DNA of 64,000 bases from Candidatus Woesearchaeota archaeon (GTDB taxonomy: Archaea > Nanobdellota > Nanobdellia > Woesearchaeales > UBA11576), in contig JABGYH010000007.1 of the NCBI GenBank assembly GCA_018675335.1, positions 308,232-372,231 on the forward strand, in the 5' to 3' direction. Of the stretch, positions 17,751-31,000 are shown piece after piece; positions within the stretch are counted from its first letter, which is position 1; every line of letters begins with the position of its first letter. Position numbers and translations under genes: made by a program. The notes under the pieces were generated by a model. The model was not told the origin of the DNA. It was given only the letters and a program-made list of their open reading frames with translations, and did no database searches.

Positions 17751-19502
17751 TTATGTGTAATACAACTTGTTAGCGGATTTTTGTTCACGGTCTTTACGAC
17801 TATCTTCTTTATTTACCCTTGGCCTAGATGAATCTTCATCACGCCGCATAGTAATTTTTAAATCTGCCAAAAAATGATTCATCCCTTGCTCCATCGTAAA
17901 CGGACCTTTTACAATACCATTTACTGCCGGAACTCCATCAAATACCACAATTTTTCTAGCAATATAATCAATAAATAATAAATCGTGATCAATAACAAAA
18001 CAAGACTTACCCGTTACATCCATCAAATCTGCAATTATTTTGGAAACATTAAGCCTTTGCTCAACATCCAAATAAGCACTTGGCTCGTCTAAAAGAAATA
18101 AATCTGCATCCCGAGAAAGACAATGTGCAATTGTTACTTTTTGAAGTTGTCCTCCTGAAAGCTCATTTAATTTTTTATAAAATAAGGGTTTTAAATTTAA
18201 TGGATTAATTAATTGATTCTCAAACTTTTGAATTGCAGTGCCTAAAAAAGTCATCACTAACTCATCAGTTGATTCCAAATATTGTGGTTTGTAAGCAATC
18301 TTGATTTTCTCATCAATTTCTCCTTCATCAGGCAGATCCACTTTTGCTAAAATTTTAACAAAAGAAGTTTTACCAATTCCATTCTCACCTAAAACTCCAA
18401 TAACATCATGTTTTCTTAATTCACCTTTCTGTGCAACTAAAGAAAAATTACCTAATTTCTTTTTAACATTTGACCACGCACACAACAACGGAGTTTCCCT
18501 ATTATGTTCTTCAGGCCTAGTGTTAAATGTAATCTTGTAATCTCTAAATCTAACATTCTCTTCTTTAATGTAACCTTCAAGATATGCATTAATCCCAACT
18601 CGCGTTGTTCTTGGAAGACTAACCATCCCATAAACACTTTCTCGCCCGTACATAATATGAGTTAAATCAGTCATCGAATCAAGAATAATTAAATCGTGCT
18701 CGATAATTAAAACTGCCTTTTCAGGGGTTGCCAGACTTCGAATAAACTTACTTAATTTAATTCTCTGTTTAATATCTAAATAAGATGTTGGCTCGTCGAA
18801 GATATATAGATTTGCATCTTTTAATACAGTTGCTGCAATTGCTACTCTTTGTAACTCCCCACCAGAAATATGTTCAACACTCCTATCAATTATTTTTGTT
18901 AATTCTAAAAGAGTAATTATTTCATCAAGTTTATTTGTTTCATCAGCTTTTTCTAAAAGTTCTCTTACTGTGCCCTTAAACACTTTAGGAATTTGATCAA
19001 CCGCCTGCGGTTTATATGCAACCTTAATTTCTCCCTGCTTTACCTTCTCAAAAAACTTCTGAGCTTCAGTTCCTTTGAAAAACTCAACAAGTTCGTCGTA
19101 TGATGCGGATTCATTTCTCCCAAAATTAGGCTTTAATGCACCCGCAAGAATTTTAATTGCAGTAGATTTTCCAATACCATTTACTCCCACAATACCCACA
19201 ACTTTCCCAAAAAGAGGTGTTGGCAAAGAATAAAGTGCAAACCCATTTGGGCCAAATCTATGAATTGGATCGCGTTGAAGTTCTGATGGTAAGTTAATAA
19301 TTGAAATTGCTTCGAATGGACAACGATTACTACAAATACCACAACCAGTGCAAAGAGACTCGTCAATAAGTGGTTTTCCCTCTTGTTGAATTATACATTC
19401 AGAACCAGTACGATTCATAGGACAAAGTTTGACACAAAGAAAATCACCACAACCAATAGGATTACAATATGATTTTTTAATAACTGCAATACGTTTTTTC
19501 AT
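17751..19502 (-). CDS. rli1: ribosome recycling ATPase ABCE1/Rli1
   Basis: N-terminal Fe-S cysteines (CTGCGICSNRCP); two ABC domains (GVNGIGKST, GENGIGKTS, SGGELQR); C-terminal RPRVNK. Confidence 0.97.
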   Translation of the reverse strand: MKKRIAVIKKSYCNPIGCGDFLCVKLCPMNRTGSECIIQQEGKPLIDESLCTGCGICSNRCPFEAISIINLPSELQRDPIHRFGPNGFALYSLPTPLFGKVVGIVGVNGIGKSTAIKILAGALKPNFGRNESASYDELVEFFKGTEAQKFFEKVKQGEIKVAYKPQAVDQIPKVFKGTVRELLEKADETNKLDEIITLLELTKIIDRSVEHISGGELQRVAIAATVLKDANLYIFDEPTSYLDIKQRIKLSKFIRSLATPEKAVLIIEHDLIILDSMTDLTHIMYGRESVYGMVSLPRTTRVGINAYLEGYIKEENVRFRDYKITFNTRPEEHNRETPLLCAWSNVKKKLGNFSLVAQKGELRKHDVIGVLGENGIGKTSFVKILAKVDLPDEGEIDEKIKIAYKPQYLESTDELVMTFLGTAIQKFENQLINPLNLKPLFYKKLNELSGGQLQKVTIAHCLSRDADLFLLDEPSAYLDVEQRLNVSKIIADLMDVTGKSCFVIDHDLLFIDYIARKIVVFDGVPAVNGIVKGPFTMEQGMNHFLADLKITMRRDEDSSRPRVNKEDSRKDREQKSANKLYYT

Positions 19503-20284
19503 TTTCCAATCTTCCTCACAAAACTTAAGAATCCAGAATGAATAATTTGTCTTGATTTTGGTCTAACTTTTCTACCTTCAACTTGCCACTCTCGTTCTAT
19601 TAACTCAATAGTTTTAAGATGAATAAGATTTTCATGATTGGGAATTTCATTAACAAACTCTGCAGTTTGAGTAATTGTTGGAGAATAAGATACAACAAAA
19701 CCTCCTGGTTTTAGCATTTTTGATGCGTGTTTTAAAACTAACCACGGTTCTGGAAGATCAAGAGTTAATAAATCAACATTTTTTTCTTCAAATCCATCAT
19801 AAATACTTTGATTTTTAACATCAATATTTTTTATATCAAGAATTTTAATATTTTCTTTAACAACTGCAAGATGATCAGGTTCAATTTCATACGTTGTAAC
19901 CTTTTTTACATGGCGCGCTAAAAATAAAGAAAGTGCGCCTGAACCACTACCTGCATCAACAACAATAGAATCTTTACCAACTCCAGTTTGCGCCAGAATA
20001 AAACCAATATCTTTTAGAGGGATTATTTGAGGCAATCTTTTCATCTTTTTATAATCATCAATGAACGCAGAATCAAAAATAAATAATTCTTCACCTTTAC
20101 TAGAAATAACTTTATCGCCATTTGATTTTTTCAGATCTTCCGCTTTGATAAAACCTTTTGACGTGGAAAAATCTTTAGACAAATCAGATAAATAATATCT
20201 TTTTTCTTTTGAAAGAGTAATCTCTTTATCCAAATCTTCAAAATACTTTTTTATGCATTTTTTAATTAAAATTTTAGCGCACAT
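19499..20284 (-). CDS. trmI: tRNA (adenine57/58-N1)-methyltransferase
   Basis: PQIIPLKD, DAGSGSGALS, LDLPEPW, YSPT.TQ, HSGFL motifs. Confidence 0.92.
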   Translation of the reverse strand: MCAKILIKKCIKKYFEDLDKEITLSKEKRYYLSDLSKDFSTSKGFIKAEDLKKSNGDKVISSKGEELFIFDSAFIDDYKKMKRLPQIIPLKDIGFILAQTGVGKDSIVVDAGSGSGALSLFLARHVKKVTTYEIEPDHLAVVKENIKILDIKNIDVKNQSIYDGFEEKNVDLLTLDLPEPWLVLKHASKMLKPGGFVVSYSPTITQTAEFVNEIPNHENLIHLKTIELIEREWQVEGRKVRPKSRQIIHSGFLSFVRKIGK

Positions 20285-20348
20285 AAATATAAAAGAAAAA
20301 GAGAAGATTTTATAAAATTATAGCTTTTGAGAACGCATTAAATAAGGC

Positions 20349-22082
20349 TTAATCTATCTTCTCAAGCACTTGCGCCGCTAAATCCTCAGTCCAACCTTTT
20401 CTAATTAAACCTTGTCTAATTTGCTCTTTTGAATATCCTTTCTTCGAAAGTGCTTTAATTGATGCGATTGCAGCTGAAAGCCGCGTATCTTCCTCATGCA
20501 GTTTATTCTTCTCCATATGAGTATCAACCGCAGTAATATGAGTGAAAACATCATCTAACAATTCATTAGACCAACCTTTTTTTGAAAGAACATTTCTAAC
20601 TTCCTCACCCGTAAAGCCATTAGCAAGCGCATGATAAATATACCTTTCCACTGCCATTTCTTTTTCTTTTGATAGAGTTAATTTAGGCTTAGGTTTTGGT
20701 TGCACTACTGGTTTTTCTTCTTGGGTAAAAGGTAGGACAGGTTCAGAGATCTCTTTAGGTGATTCTCCAAGACCTGCCCTGGTTGTTGTTGGGGGTTTTC
20801 CCATAGGCAATTGATAACGGAAAACCGCAATACCACCTATGAGAAGAACTATGATTGACGATGCAATAATCCACGTCCACAAACTAATTGGAGACTTCGG
20901 AGGTGTTGGTGATTCTACAACAGGTTCGGGCGTCGCCTTAATATTTGCCCAACCACTTTCAGTTTTGGTTGTTGCTTGCCCTGTTACTTCAGTTGTTATT
21001 TGAGACTCAACTTTAGGATTTGTTTGAGGAGGAGTTACTTTCTTCTTAGGCGGCAATAAATTAGGCATAGCATAAGATTTTTTCTCAGGATATAATTTAA
21101 AACTCATTATAACAAAACCATCAGCAAGCTCTATATTGATCACAATGTCATCTGAAAATAATTCTGCTAAACCAACAGTTTTTTGCTCTCCTAATTTAAC
21201 TGTGTATGAATAAGGAGTTCCAGTTCTTTTGATGGTTGCTTGTAAATTACCAACTTCAGTAACATCAAAAGGATACTCTAACCCATTAAACAAAATAGTA
21301 AGTTTGTCATTTTTTCTAAGTTTTGCAGTAACACCTTGATCGGTTGGGATAACTACAATAGATGAGGGACTAGATGAAGAAGATCCGCCTCCGCCGCCAC
21401 CACCTGTGTTCCCACCCGCAGAACAATCGTTGCAAATACCACCACAATCAGTTCCAGTTTCAGATCCATCTTTTTTATTATTATTACACATATCTTCCGC
21501 AACAAAAAATGCAGAAAATTGAGTGATTCCCGTAATTGTAATCATGCCAGTATTAGAATCAAAGGATAAATCAGTACCATGAGTTTCGACATTCCTAGTC
21601 ATATTTGGAATTCCAGCATCAAAATCATAAGGCGTGTGAATAACCACCGGAGTAGTTAATGAATCTAACTCTGAAGCATTATAATAAATTGTAAAAGTAT
21701 TATTAACTCCATTTTGTTTTACTTCAAACGCATGCACTGCTAAAACTTCATATTCTGCACCCGAAGTATTAAATGAAGTATTAACATAAGTAAAATCATC
21801 TATGTCTAAAGACCTTGAACTAATATTAACAACAGTTGTTGGTTGAAACGTTGTTGAAATTACTTTAAATTTCTCATCCAACGATGCAATCTCTGCAGTT
21901 AAAATAGTGTCAGGCAAATCTACCTGTTGCGTAGAATTAAATGACTGATTATTATGTAATTCAATTTCGCCCAAACTATAAATCAAACTAACATTTTCTT
22001 TGTTTGTTGCAGAAACAAAACTAAATGAAAATAAAACTAACAAAAACAAAATACAAAATTTGAATAAGTTTTTAGTTCTCAT
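20349..22082 (-). CDS. type I membrane surface protein with Cys-rich module and cytoplasmic GW repeats
   Basis: Signal peptide; CNNNKKDGSETGTDCGGICNDC; Gly/Ser linker; TM near aa 400-420; two ...G.S/T.E.I/VR..L..KGW repeats. Confidence 0.8.
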   Translation of the reverse strand: MRTKNLFKFCILFLLVLFSFSFVSATNKENVSLIYSLGEIELHNNQSFNSTQQVDLPDTILTAEIASLDEKFKVISTTFQPTTVVNISSRSLDIDDFTYVNTSFNTSGAEYEVLAVHAFEVKQNGVNNTFTIYYNASELDSLTTPVVIHTPYDFDAGIPNMTRNVETHGTDLSFDSNTGMITITGITQFSAFFVAEDMCNNNKKDGSETGTDCGGICNDCSAGGNTGGGGGGGSSSSSPSSIVVIPTDQGVTAKLRKNDKLTILFNGLEYPFDVTEVGNLQATIKRTGTPYSYTVKLGEQKTVGLAELFSDDIVINIELADGFVIMSFKLYPEKKSYAMPNLLPPKKKVTPPQTNPKVESQITTEVTGQATTKTESGWANIKATPEPVVESPTPPKSPISLWTWIIASSIIVLLIGGIAVFRYQLPMGKPPTTTRAGLGESPKEISEPVLPFTQEEKPVVQPKPKPKLTLSKEKEMAVERYIYHALANGFTGEEVRNVLSKKGWSNELLDDVFTHITAVDTHMEKNKLHEEDTRLSAAIASIKALSKKGYSKEQIRQGLIRKGWTEDLAAQVLEKID

Positions 22083-22083
22083 T

Positions 22084-25000
22084 TTAGTTTACGTTAACAT
22101 TCTGTTCTACTTTTTCGAAAGAGGAAAACACATTCAAGTAGGATTCATCAAATAAATTAGATTCATTGTCAGATGCATTTATGAAAATACTATAAGTTCC
22201 ATTCTGACTAACCTCATCAAAACTAAGATTATAATCTCCCTCTATATCTGCATCACTAATCGCAGGTATAAAATCATCAGCTTCATATTGAGATAAAGAT
22301 CCATTAGGAAGAATAAATGTTAAATTAAATGAATCAATATTATTTTTAGACGATAATGTAAGTGCAACATCTATCCCGCTATCATTAAACGTCCAACCAG
22401 ACCCGAAGGAAATATTATCAATGAAAATAAAATCTTCTAGTGCATGGAAAGTTGCAATATCAGGATCACCATAAGTTCCTAAATTATCCACACAAGAAAT
22501 ATTTAATACCGTTTCTCCTTGAGATACATTAATTGTAGTATCATTCCCTAACGTGTTCAGATACGTTTTATTTACGACACCGTCAAGATAAATGGTACAG
22601 TTAGCAAGTTCATCCACTGTGAAATTTAAAGGAATTTCTAACGACTCATAAACTCCCCCATTAACAGGAGAATATAAATCAACTCCTGGAGTTGAAACAT
22701 TTAGTTGAACTACAACAGGCGTTGAATTTTTATAATTCAAACCATCAAATGCGCTTATTTTAATTCCGAAATAATCAACATTGTAACTTGAATTTATCCA
22801 CTGATACCAATTATTGGTTGTGTTGGCCACATTAGTAAATGAAGTAATATCTTGAGACGAATCAAATCCAAAATACACATGATACTCTAAAGATTCATTA
22901 TCTATATCTTCTGCAGCATCCCAAGTAATATTAATTGAGCCACCATATTCCTCCCCTGATGATGGATAAGTTATTACTGGCGCTATGTGAGGCATATCAT
23001 TAAATGCAGTAACATTTAAAGTTATATCTGGAGACCACTCTGAAACATTAATTAAATCGCCAGCCCTAAATGAAATTGTTGGCAAAATTTCATCCTCACT
23101 ATTAGAATAATTTGCAGGAGGAGTTATGTTAACAATTCCAGTAGAGTCATTAATTACAACAGTAAAATTACTATTAGATAAATTATATTCATAAGTTAAG
23201 TTATCCAAATCTACATCGAAAAATTCTTCAGATAAATTAATACTTATATTAGATACATCTTCAGTCAGAGACATATTATCAATTTGACCTCCAAAGTAAG
23301 GAGCATCATTAACAGGGATTATTGATATGTTAATCTGAGTTTCAAACCCAATTAAATAGCTATCAACAACATTAATAATTAAAGTAATGTTTTCAACATA
23401 ATCATTACCTAAAGTAATATTATATTCTCCAGTTGTGCTATTAATTAACTCAACAGTTAAAGTTTCATCTAATAACTCAATAGGATCTGGCACAACATCA
23501 TAAGTTAAATTATCACTTGTTGGATCAATATCTTCATCAGGATCAATAAAAAAATCATCTAACGTAATTGTACCAGACAAGTCTTCGAGTATACTAATAA
23601 TGCCTGCACCCATAAATATTGGAGGTGTGCTTTCAATAAAAATTGAACTAGGTAATTCAGTTGAATCATTATTACCATCAACTGCAACAACTGACCAATT
23701 TAAAGTTTTATTAATGAACTTGTGTAAATCAACAACCTCAAAAGTATAAATCCCACTATCTAAGTAATGTGTTGAATTCTGAGTTTCGTTAACACTAGAT
23801 ACTTTAGAAACAATCGTTCCATTAGGATACTCAAATGAAATATTTACTAAACTTAGCGTTTCATCAGTAATATTTACTGAAAGATAAATACTATCACTAG
23901 CAACCACTGTCGTTAAAATAGCATCACCTGAAACATTCATTGTTTGATTTTGTGCAATGATCGGACTTGAATGATCAATATAAACTTCCCTACTTTCAGG
24001 ATTGGTTTCAGCAGGACCCGCACCATTCTCACCATTTAATTGAATAACATATTCTCCTTCAGCCCAATCACCAACATAAATTAAATCAGTGTAATTATGA
24101 TCTTCTGCATACACAGTTTCTTGAGTTTCTTTAAATTTAATTAAACCTTGCGAATCATAAATAGTAAAAGAACTATTGATTGCATTTGTAACTTGAAACC
24201 CTGAATCAATATTAGTTTCGTTGTATATGTGCCCACTCTCAATAAAAGAGCTATTTGTATCATTAATCCCAAATATTAATTGCGGAGCTCTTTTATCAAC
24301 TGTAAAATTAATAAATGATTGATTAGTGTTATTGAATTCATCTTTTGCAGTCACAATAAAAGTTAAATTCGTTACATTATTTTCAATATCTGAAAAATCT
24401 AGTAAAATATCTCCATTGGAAGGTAAACTTCCAGTCATATTATCATAAGTTATATTTGTATTATTAGCATACTTAACTTGATATGTTCTCTCAGTAATTG
24501 CATTATTATCAGTAATTGTTGTTTGAAATTCCACTACTCCCGAAATAATATCATCCTGGTCAGGGAAAACAAATTCTACCGAGGGATTAGTTCTATCAAG
24601 TTCAAACTGTCTTGTAGTTGAGTAAACACAAGAATTGTTAGCAACAGCATTATCGCAAGCAACAACTCTCCAATAATAAGTTCCATCCTCAGAGTTTGAT
24701 GTATCAACTTCAAAAGTTTCAGCAGTAGCCCCAGTTGGTTCGCTGATAAAAATAGAAGTTGGAAGTTTCAAATCACGTTCATAAATCCAAATTTTAGATC
24801 CGTTAGTTGCAACTACAATATTATCACTAAATCCATAATCAGTAACTGAATCTGATTCGTCAATTAACTGATTGTTGTTTTGATTTATAAAAAAACCATC
24901 CAAACTGTTATTTATTGAATAATCTCCAAAATAACTATTTTCAAAATTTTCTTCAGGATACGAAATAAAACTATTATTATTTCCAAAATAAACTGCAGTT

Positions 25001-28000
25001 CCACCATTATTATCAGAATAACTGGATACAACTATTGGGAAAACTGACAAATTGTCGCCAGCATAATCCAGTTTCATAGATAACTTAGATTCTGAATCCG
25101 CTAAACTTAAGATTTCACCAGATTTATTAGACTGCAAATCATGCATCCAAACAGAGCTGCCATCACCCCAAATAAAAGACCCTCCTTTAACAGAAACTGC
25201 ATCAGCACCATAAACCCCATTTATCATAACTAATTCTAAGGAATCTAATTTAAAATTAAATATTCCTGAATCATTTACATAAATTAAATTATTCCCCTCA
25301 ACATCATAAGTGTTTGATTTAAAATCAGTTACTACCTCTGATCTTTTTGAAGTTGTTAAATCATAACTTAATAAATCCTTTTGCGCACCATTTGTTTTTT
25401 GATAATAAATTTTATTTTTGTAGATTTTAGGCATTGTTTCTGCAGATGTTGTTGTTGTTATTTGAGCAGTATTATTAGTCACAATATTTCTTGAAAAAAT
25501 GTTCCAATCACCCGACCTATTATCAGCCCAAACAATAATATCTCCAAAAACATCTGGATCTGCAATAGTTGCAACGGACGGCGTTAAAATTTCATATCTT
25601 GAAAAATTATTCAACTCATTATCCGAATAATTAAAACTAGTTTCATTATCAATTTCAATTGAGTAAATAAAATAATCATCATCAAGGTCACTTGTTAAAT
25701 TCCAAGATAAAATAATATCTGAATTAGTTTTAGTATTGTTTGAAACTCCAATTAATTCAGGAATTGCTGGAGCACTATTTGAAACTCTAACATAACCTGA
25801 CGAACTATTAGTTCTTTCTGTCTCATCAGCAATATTTACAGCACATGAAAGAGTTGAATCGCGAGTTATTGAATATTCTGATAAATTCAATTCAGCAGAA
25901 GTAAAATTTCCTGAAAGGAATAAATTTGTGGAATTCTCAAAGTTTACTCCGTCGTCAAACCACTGAAACAATGCCGAATCAACATTATTATCTTGATCCG
26001 TATAATTTGCAGAACAAAACGCAATTGAATCTGCATAAACAAATTCGCCGTCTGAATTATTAACAGTTACGTTAAATACTTGAGGGGCATCTGGCCAATT
26101 AATTATAAAATTAACATTAGTATTTTGAGTATGATCTTGAGCAACTCCCTGACTATCCCTACAAGAAATATACCAAGTAAAATTACCTTGACCACCAGTT
26201 GAAATTTCGCCACCAACATTAAACCTATTTACAGTCGTATTAGTACAAGAATAATTAGTTAAAGTAAAATTATCACATTCTTGAATATTTTCATTACTAC
26301 TATACCCAATATCAACATAAGTTAAAACACATTCACTAGCTTCTTCTGCATTGAAATTAATAGTAACATCTTTATCAGTTTCATTTACAAAAATCCAACC
26401 ATCGCCAGGATTTGAATCATCATTAATTTGATAAACTTCCGGTGCGGTTGGTGCAGAATTATCAATATAAATAATACCATTTGAATAAGTTGAAGCATTA
26501 GGATTATTAAAACCATTATAGGGAGTTATTTTAAAGTAATATTTAATTTGATTATCTAAACTAAGTCCACTAACTGAAACTTCAGAATTAGTAACATTAC
26601 CACTTGCACCACTTACTGCCGGACAACTATTAGGAATATCTCCACCACACTGATCATCCTCAGGATTGTACTGCAAAATTTCCCAAGCATAATGATCTAT
26701 ACCCGTTTCAGGATCAGAACTTGGAGTCCAACTAGCATGCAAATATGAACTATCAAAAGTTTGGAAACCTTGATCAGTAACAGATGAAATTAAAGTAGGC
26801 CCAGTTAAGTCAGATTTCATAACTTTTTGTATTGCCCCCGAATCATATACTTTTAAGTTACCTGCACCATCATAAACATGAAGTTTGAACGCATGACACT
26901 TACCAGAAATTAAATTCACATCTTCAATTGATTCGGCAAGACCATTACTAGGAGTAAGATAATGAATCAAATTAAAATCATAAATTGGAGGGCAAGTATT
27001 ATTAAGACCTACAGGTAATGAAGACGTTCCCATCCACAAAGAAACATTTTTGATTCCTGCAACCGAATTACTGGGCGTATCTAAACCATTATCTAAACCA
27101 GATCCATTATCCCCCCCCGAATTATAAAAAATATCCACGCTTTCAATATCATAATCGCCTCCCACATAAGAAATCGCACCACCAACTGGCTCTGTGAAAT
27201 CAGTAGTTATTCCTGCAGATGAAAAAAACTCAGACCAACCACTACTATAGTTAGAAAAACTATTTCCACTTTTTGCTCTAACATTAAAATAATATTTTAC
27301 TCCTTCTTCCAAAATTAAATTTGAAACTAAAACTGAGGTTTGACTTGTTTGCGTGAGCGGATGAACTGAATCAAAGCTTGCTTCCCATTCATTAGTTCCA
27401 GTTCCGATTGAATACTCATACCCAATAATTTCAGACTCTGCATCAGTAAAATTCCATGAAGCATTTAAGGATGATTGTGAATTTGCCCAAGCAGATGCGC
27501 CTTGTGACACGCAATTCCCCTCACAAGCAGGAGCACTATCATCAATATACAAAATACCATCACTAGAAACTGGCGCACTTGTAGCTCCAGCCAAATTAAC
27601 TGCCCTAACATTAAAATAATAAACTTCATTAGTTAAAAAAGTAAAATTATAAGCTGATTCTATTTCTGAACCCGTATGAGTTATGTTAATTTCTTTAGTT
27701 TGTTTTGATATATTAACCCAATTTAATTTATCAACAAGACTTGGATCTTTACCAACTGAAACTTGATAATAATCTAAATCAGTATCTTCACTCCCACTAG
27801 CTAAAGTCCAATTAGCCCAAATCCAATTTTTACTAGTCACATCCCAATTATTATAGTCTCTAACCCAACCAATACTGACATTAGTTAGTATAACATTAAT
27901 TTCAGTCACATTAATTTTTTCAGTACCAATATAATCCGATACATTAAACTTAACATTATTTGTTCCATTAAATAAAACCAAAGTAACATTACATGAATAA

Positions 28001-31000
28001 TATGAAGTATTGATTTCAGAACACAAAATATTATCTTCAAATTCAGACATATTTAATCCCAAAGAATCATTAACTGATTCAGGACTAACTGCATGAATAC
28101 TAAAGTTATCATCTTTTGACGCATTAATCCACAATGAAGAAATATTTACTTCATTATTATCAGATACGTTAAACTCAATAAAAGTTTCAGTTGATGCAGA
28201 AACATTTGAAATTTCACCCAAATAAAAAACAGGAGCGTCACCTGCATCATAATAAACGTATTGTGAAATTGATTTGTATCCTTCAGTTTCGTTTTTAACT
28301 CCCACTGCATAAATTTCATTAGTTTGATTGGCAGTTAAATTTCCAGAAATATTAATTGATACATTAAAAAATCCATGCCTCCACTCTGCGCTATGAATTA
28401 CCATATCCGCAGACGTTGTTACCGAACTTTCTAATGTAGGATCGAGTATTATTCTAGGATCTTCTCCAGGATTATCTTCTATTTCAGTTACATTATATCT
28501 TTGCCAATAAGTTCTATCATGATTTGAAAACTCAACCCAATAATTTGCCCACGCAGATTCGCTAATATCTAATGAGTCATATTCTGCTTGAGAAACAAAA
28601 ACATAAGATGCACCTTCTGCATGATTTGAACTAATGTTTAATACACCTAATTGATTTGAAGTATTATTTACATCTTGAGATAATAATGATACTTCATTAT
28701 CCTCATCTTTGATTACAACAGTAATATTTAAATGGGTTAAGCTTTCTTCGTCAATATACCCAATAACATTAAAATCTTCATTTTCTACACTAGGCAAATC
28801 CCACAATTTAGGAATTGCTTCAACAGGACCTGTTGGATGATTAATAAAATCATCAGTAGCACTACCAGAATTTCCTTTCTTATCCGTACCCCAAACAGAG
28901 ATTCTATTAACGCCACCATACAAAGAAACATTAGCTTGGAAATGTCCTGAAGGATACTCTGTCGAATACAAAGTAACTTGTGTTCCCACAGGAATAATTG
29001 ATTCTAAATTATCTGTAAAATTAACTCTAATATCATTACCCGTTCTATTAGCCTGATCAATTGCATATCTTTGGAAATAAGTCTTATCATGATTTGAAAA
29101 TGTAACATAATCATATGTCAAAAATGCGTCTTCACGCTCAGCAGTCCATTCAACCAACACAACATTTTGACCTTCTTCAGCATGATAATTTAAGGTAATA
29201 CTTTCACCTTCATATGTTGAATAAATTTCTGAATTTGTTTGAGTATCAACACTAAACTCATAATTTTCATCCTCATCAACTCTTAAAATAACAATTGTTG
29301 ATTCAATATCAGACTCATCATAATAACCCGCAACAACTGTTGTAGAATTATCAGATTGATTTGTTGGATGCAACCAAATTTGTTTATACAAAATAGGTGC
29401 AATAGGTGCAGTTACATCATCAACAAGAGTAAACGTCGAAGATAACGATTGATTCTCAAATTTATTTGAAGTACAATTAATATTATAATTATACACTCCT
29501 GGAGCAGTAAAATTTGTAACAGAATTATTAAATTTGTAAACTCCAAAATTTGAATCATAAATCATAGGCGTATTTGAAATTTTAGATAATCCATTCCAAG
29601 ATTGAGAAATTGAAATTGTACAACTACCATTATTAGTTGATGCAAAATCATCTCCTCCTGTTTGATCATTTATTGATTGTCCTGAAAGATCATTACCTTG
29701 ATCAGTTATGAAAAACTTAGTATAGTTTGCATAAAACCAAATACGATGATAAGTTTCTAAAGTACCATTTTCAGTATAAGTATTAATTTTACTATTATTA
29801 GTAGTTGAATAATTTGAAAATGAATTAACTTGAGTTGAAAAAATTCCATTCGTGTAATTTCTTGAACTGCTCGGACAAATTGAGTTATTACATAAAACTC
29901 CATTCCTAAGTAAAGCAGGAATTTGTTCGTAGGAAAGATTTGTTAAATTTAATTGAACTTGTTTGTTTGCTAAGTTGTATAACAAAACAGAATCCACACT
30001 AATTGAATTTTGTTCAATTGTAGCATAATTAAGATTCATTTTTTTAAAATTAATTGTTTCAAGGAATTCAATTGAACCGTAAGTGTTTTCCAATAAAACA
30101 TTTTCTGCAGAGTCTAATTCATCAATCAACGTAAAATTATAAGTATACTCTGCTTGATTAAATCCTTCCCCACAATCAGGTTCATCCCAACCAATATCCC
30201 CATCACAATCCCAATCAATAAGTCTATCTGCAAGATCAGTACAATGATCAACAGAAGAGTTTGAATGATTTAATGCGCCCGGATTTACCGCAGGATTATT
30301 ATCATTACAATCTTGAGGAATAAAATAAGAATCGTTATCATAATCAGTTGCCTTACTTACATTAAAAAAATCACTCTGATTAGTAAAACCAATAACTCCA
30401 TATGCTAACGGAGTAACATTATAATAAAACGACGTATTTTGCGGATCACCATAAGTAATTTGGTTATACGGAGTCCACTCAAAATAATTATTTACTTCAG
30501 TATCTGTTAAAGTAACCGAACCATAAAAAGTACCTTCAACACCAGTATCATTTTTGTAAAGATCAACCTGATACGTAATTGCATCAAAATTACCAACAGA
30601 ATTCCAAGTTAAATTAACAACATCCTCACTAGTTTCAAACGCAGCATCAATTGGAGGAGACGTTTTCAAACCACATTCAGTATCAGGAATAGTTGCACCT
30701 GCCGGATGAAAATTACCTGTGTTGTTTTGGCAAAAAGTGTTGTTTGTTAAATAGTCTTCACCAATTCCTTTCAAAAATAAATTGTTTGAAACTAAATTTC
30801 CCTCATTATTCTCAATAAATGCAAGATCATTTCCTGAACTATTAAAATAATTATTATAAATAATATTAGAACTGGATACTACACCAATTCCCGAAATAGT
30901 CGAGTTTATGAATGAATTATTTTCAATTAAACTCAAATTTGAATCAAGATAAATACCATATGATGAACCAGATATTGAATTATTAATAATTGAAATATTA

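Noticed and set aside
22060-22110. Frameshift splitting one gene into the 3582-aa and 577-aa ORFs
   Set aside because: The downstream ORF has its own ATG and signal peptide, so two coupled genes is more likely
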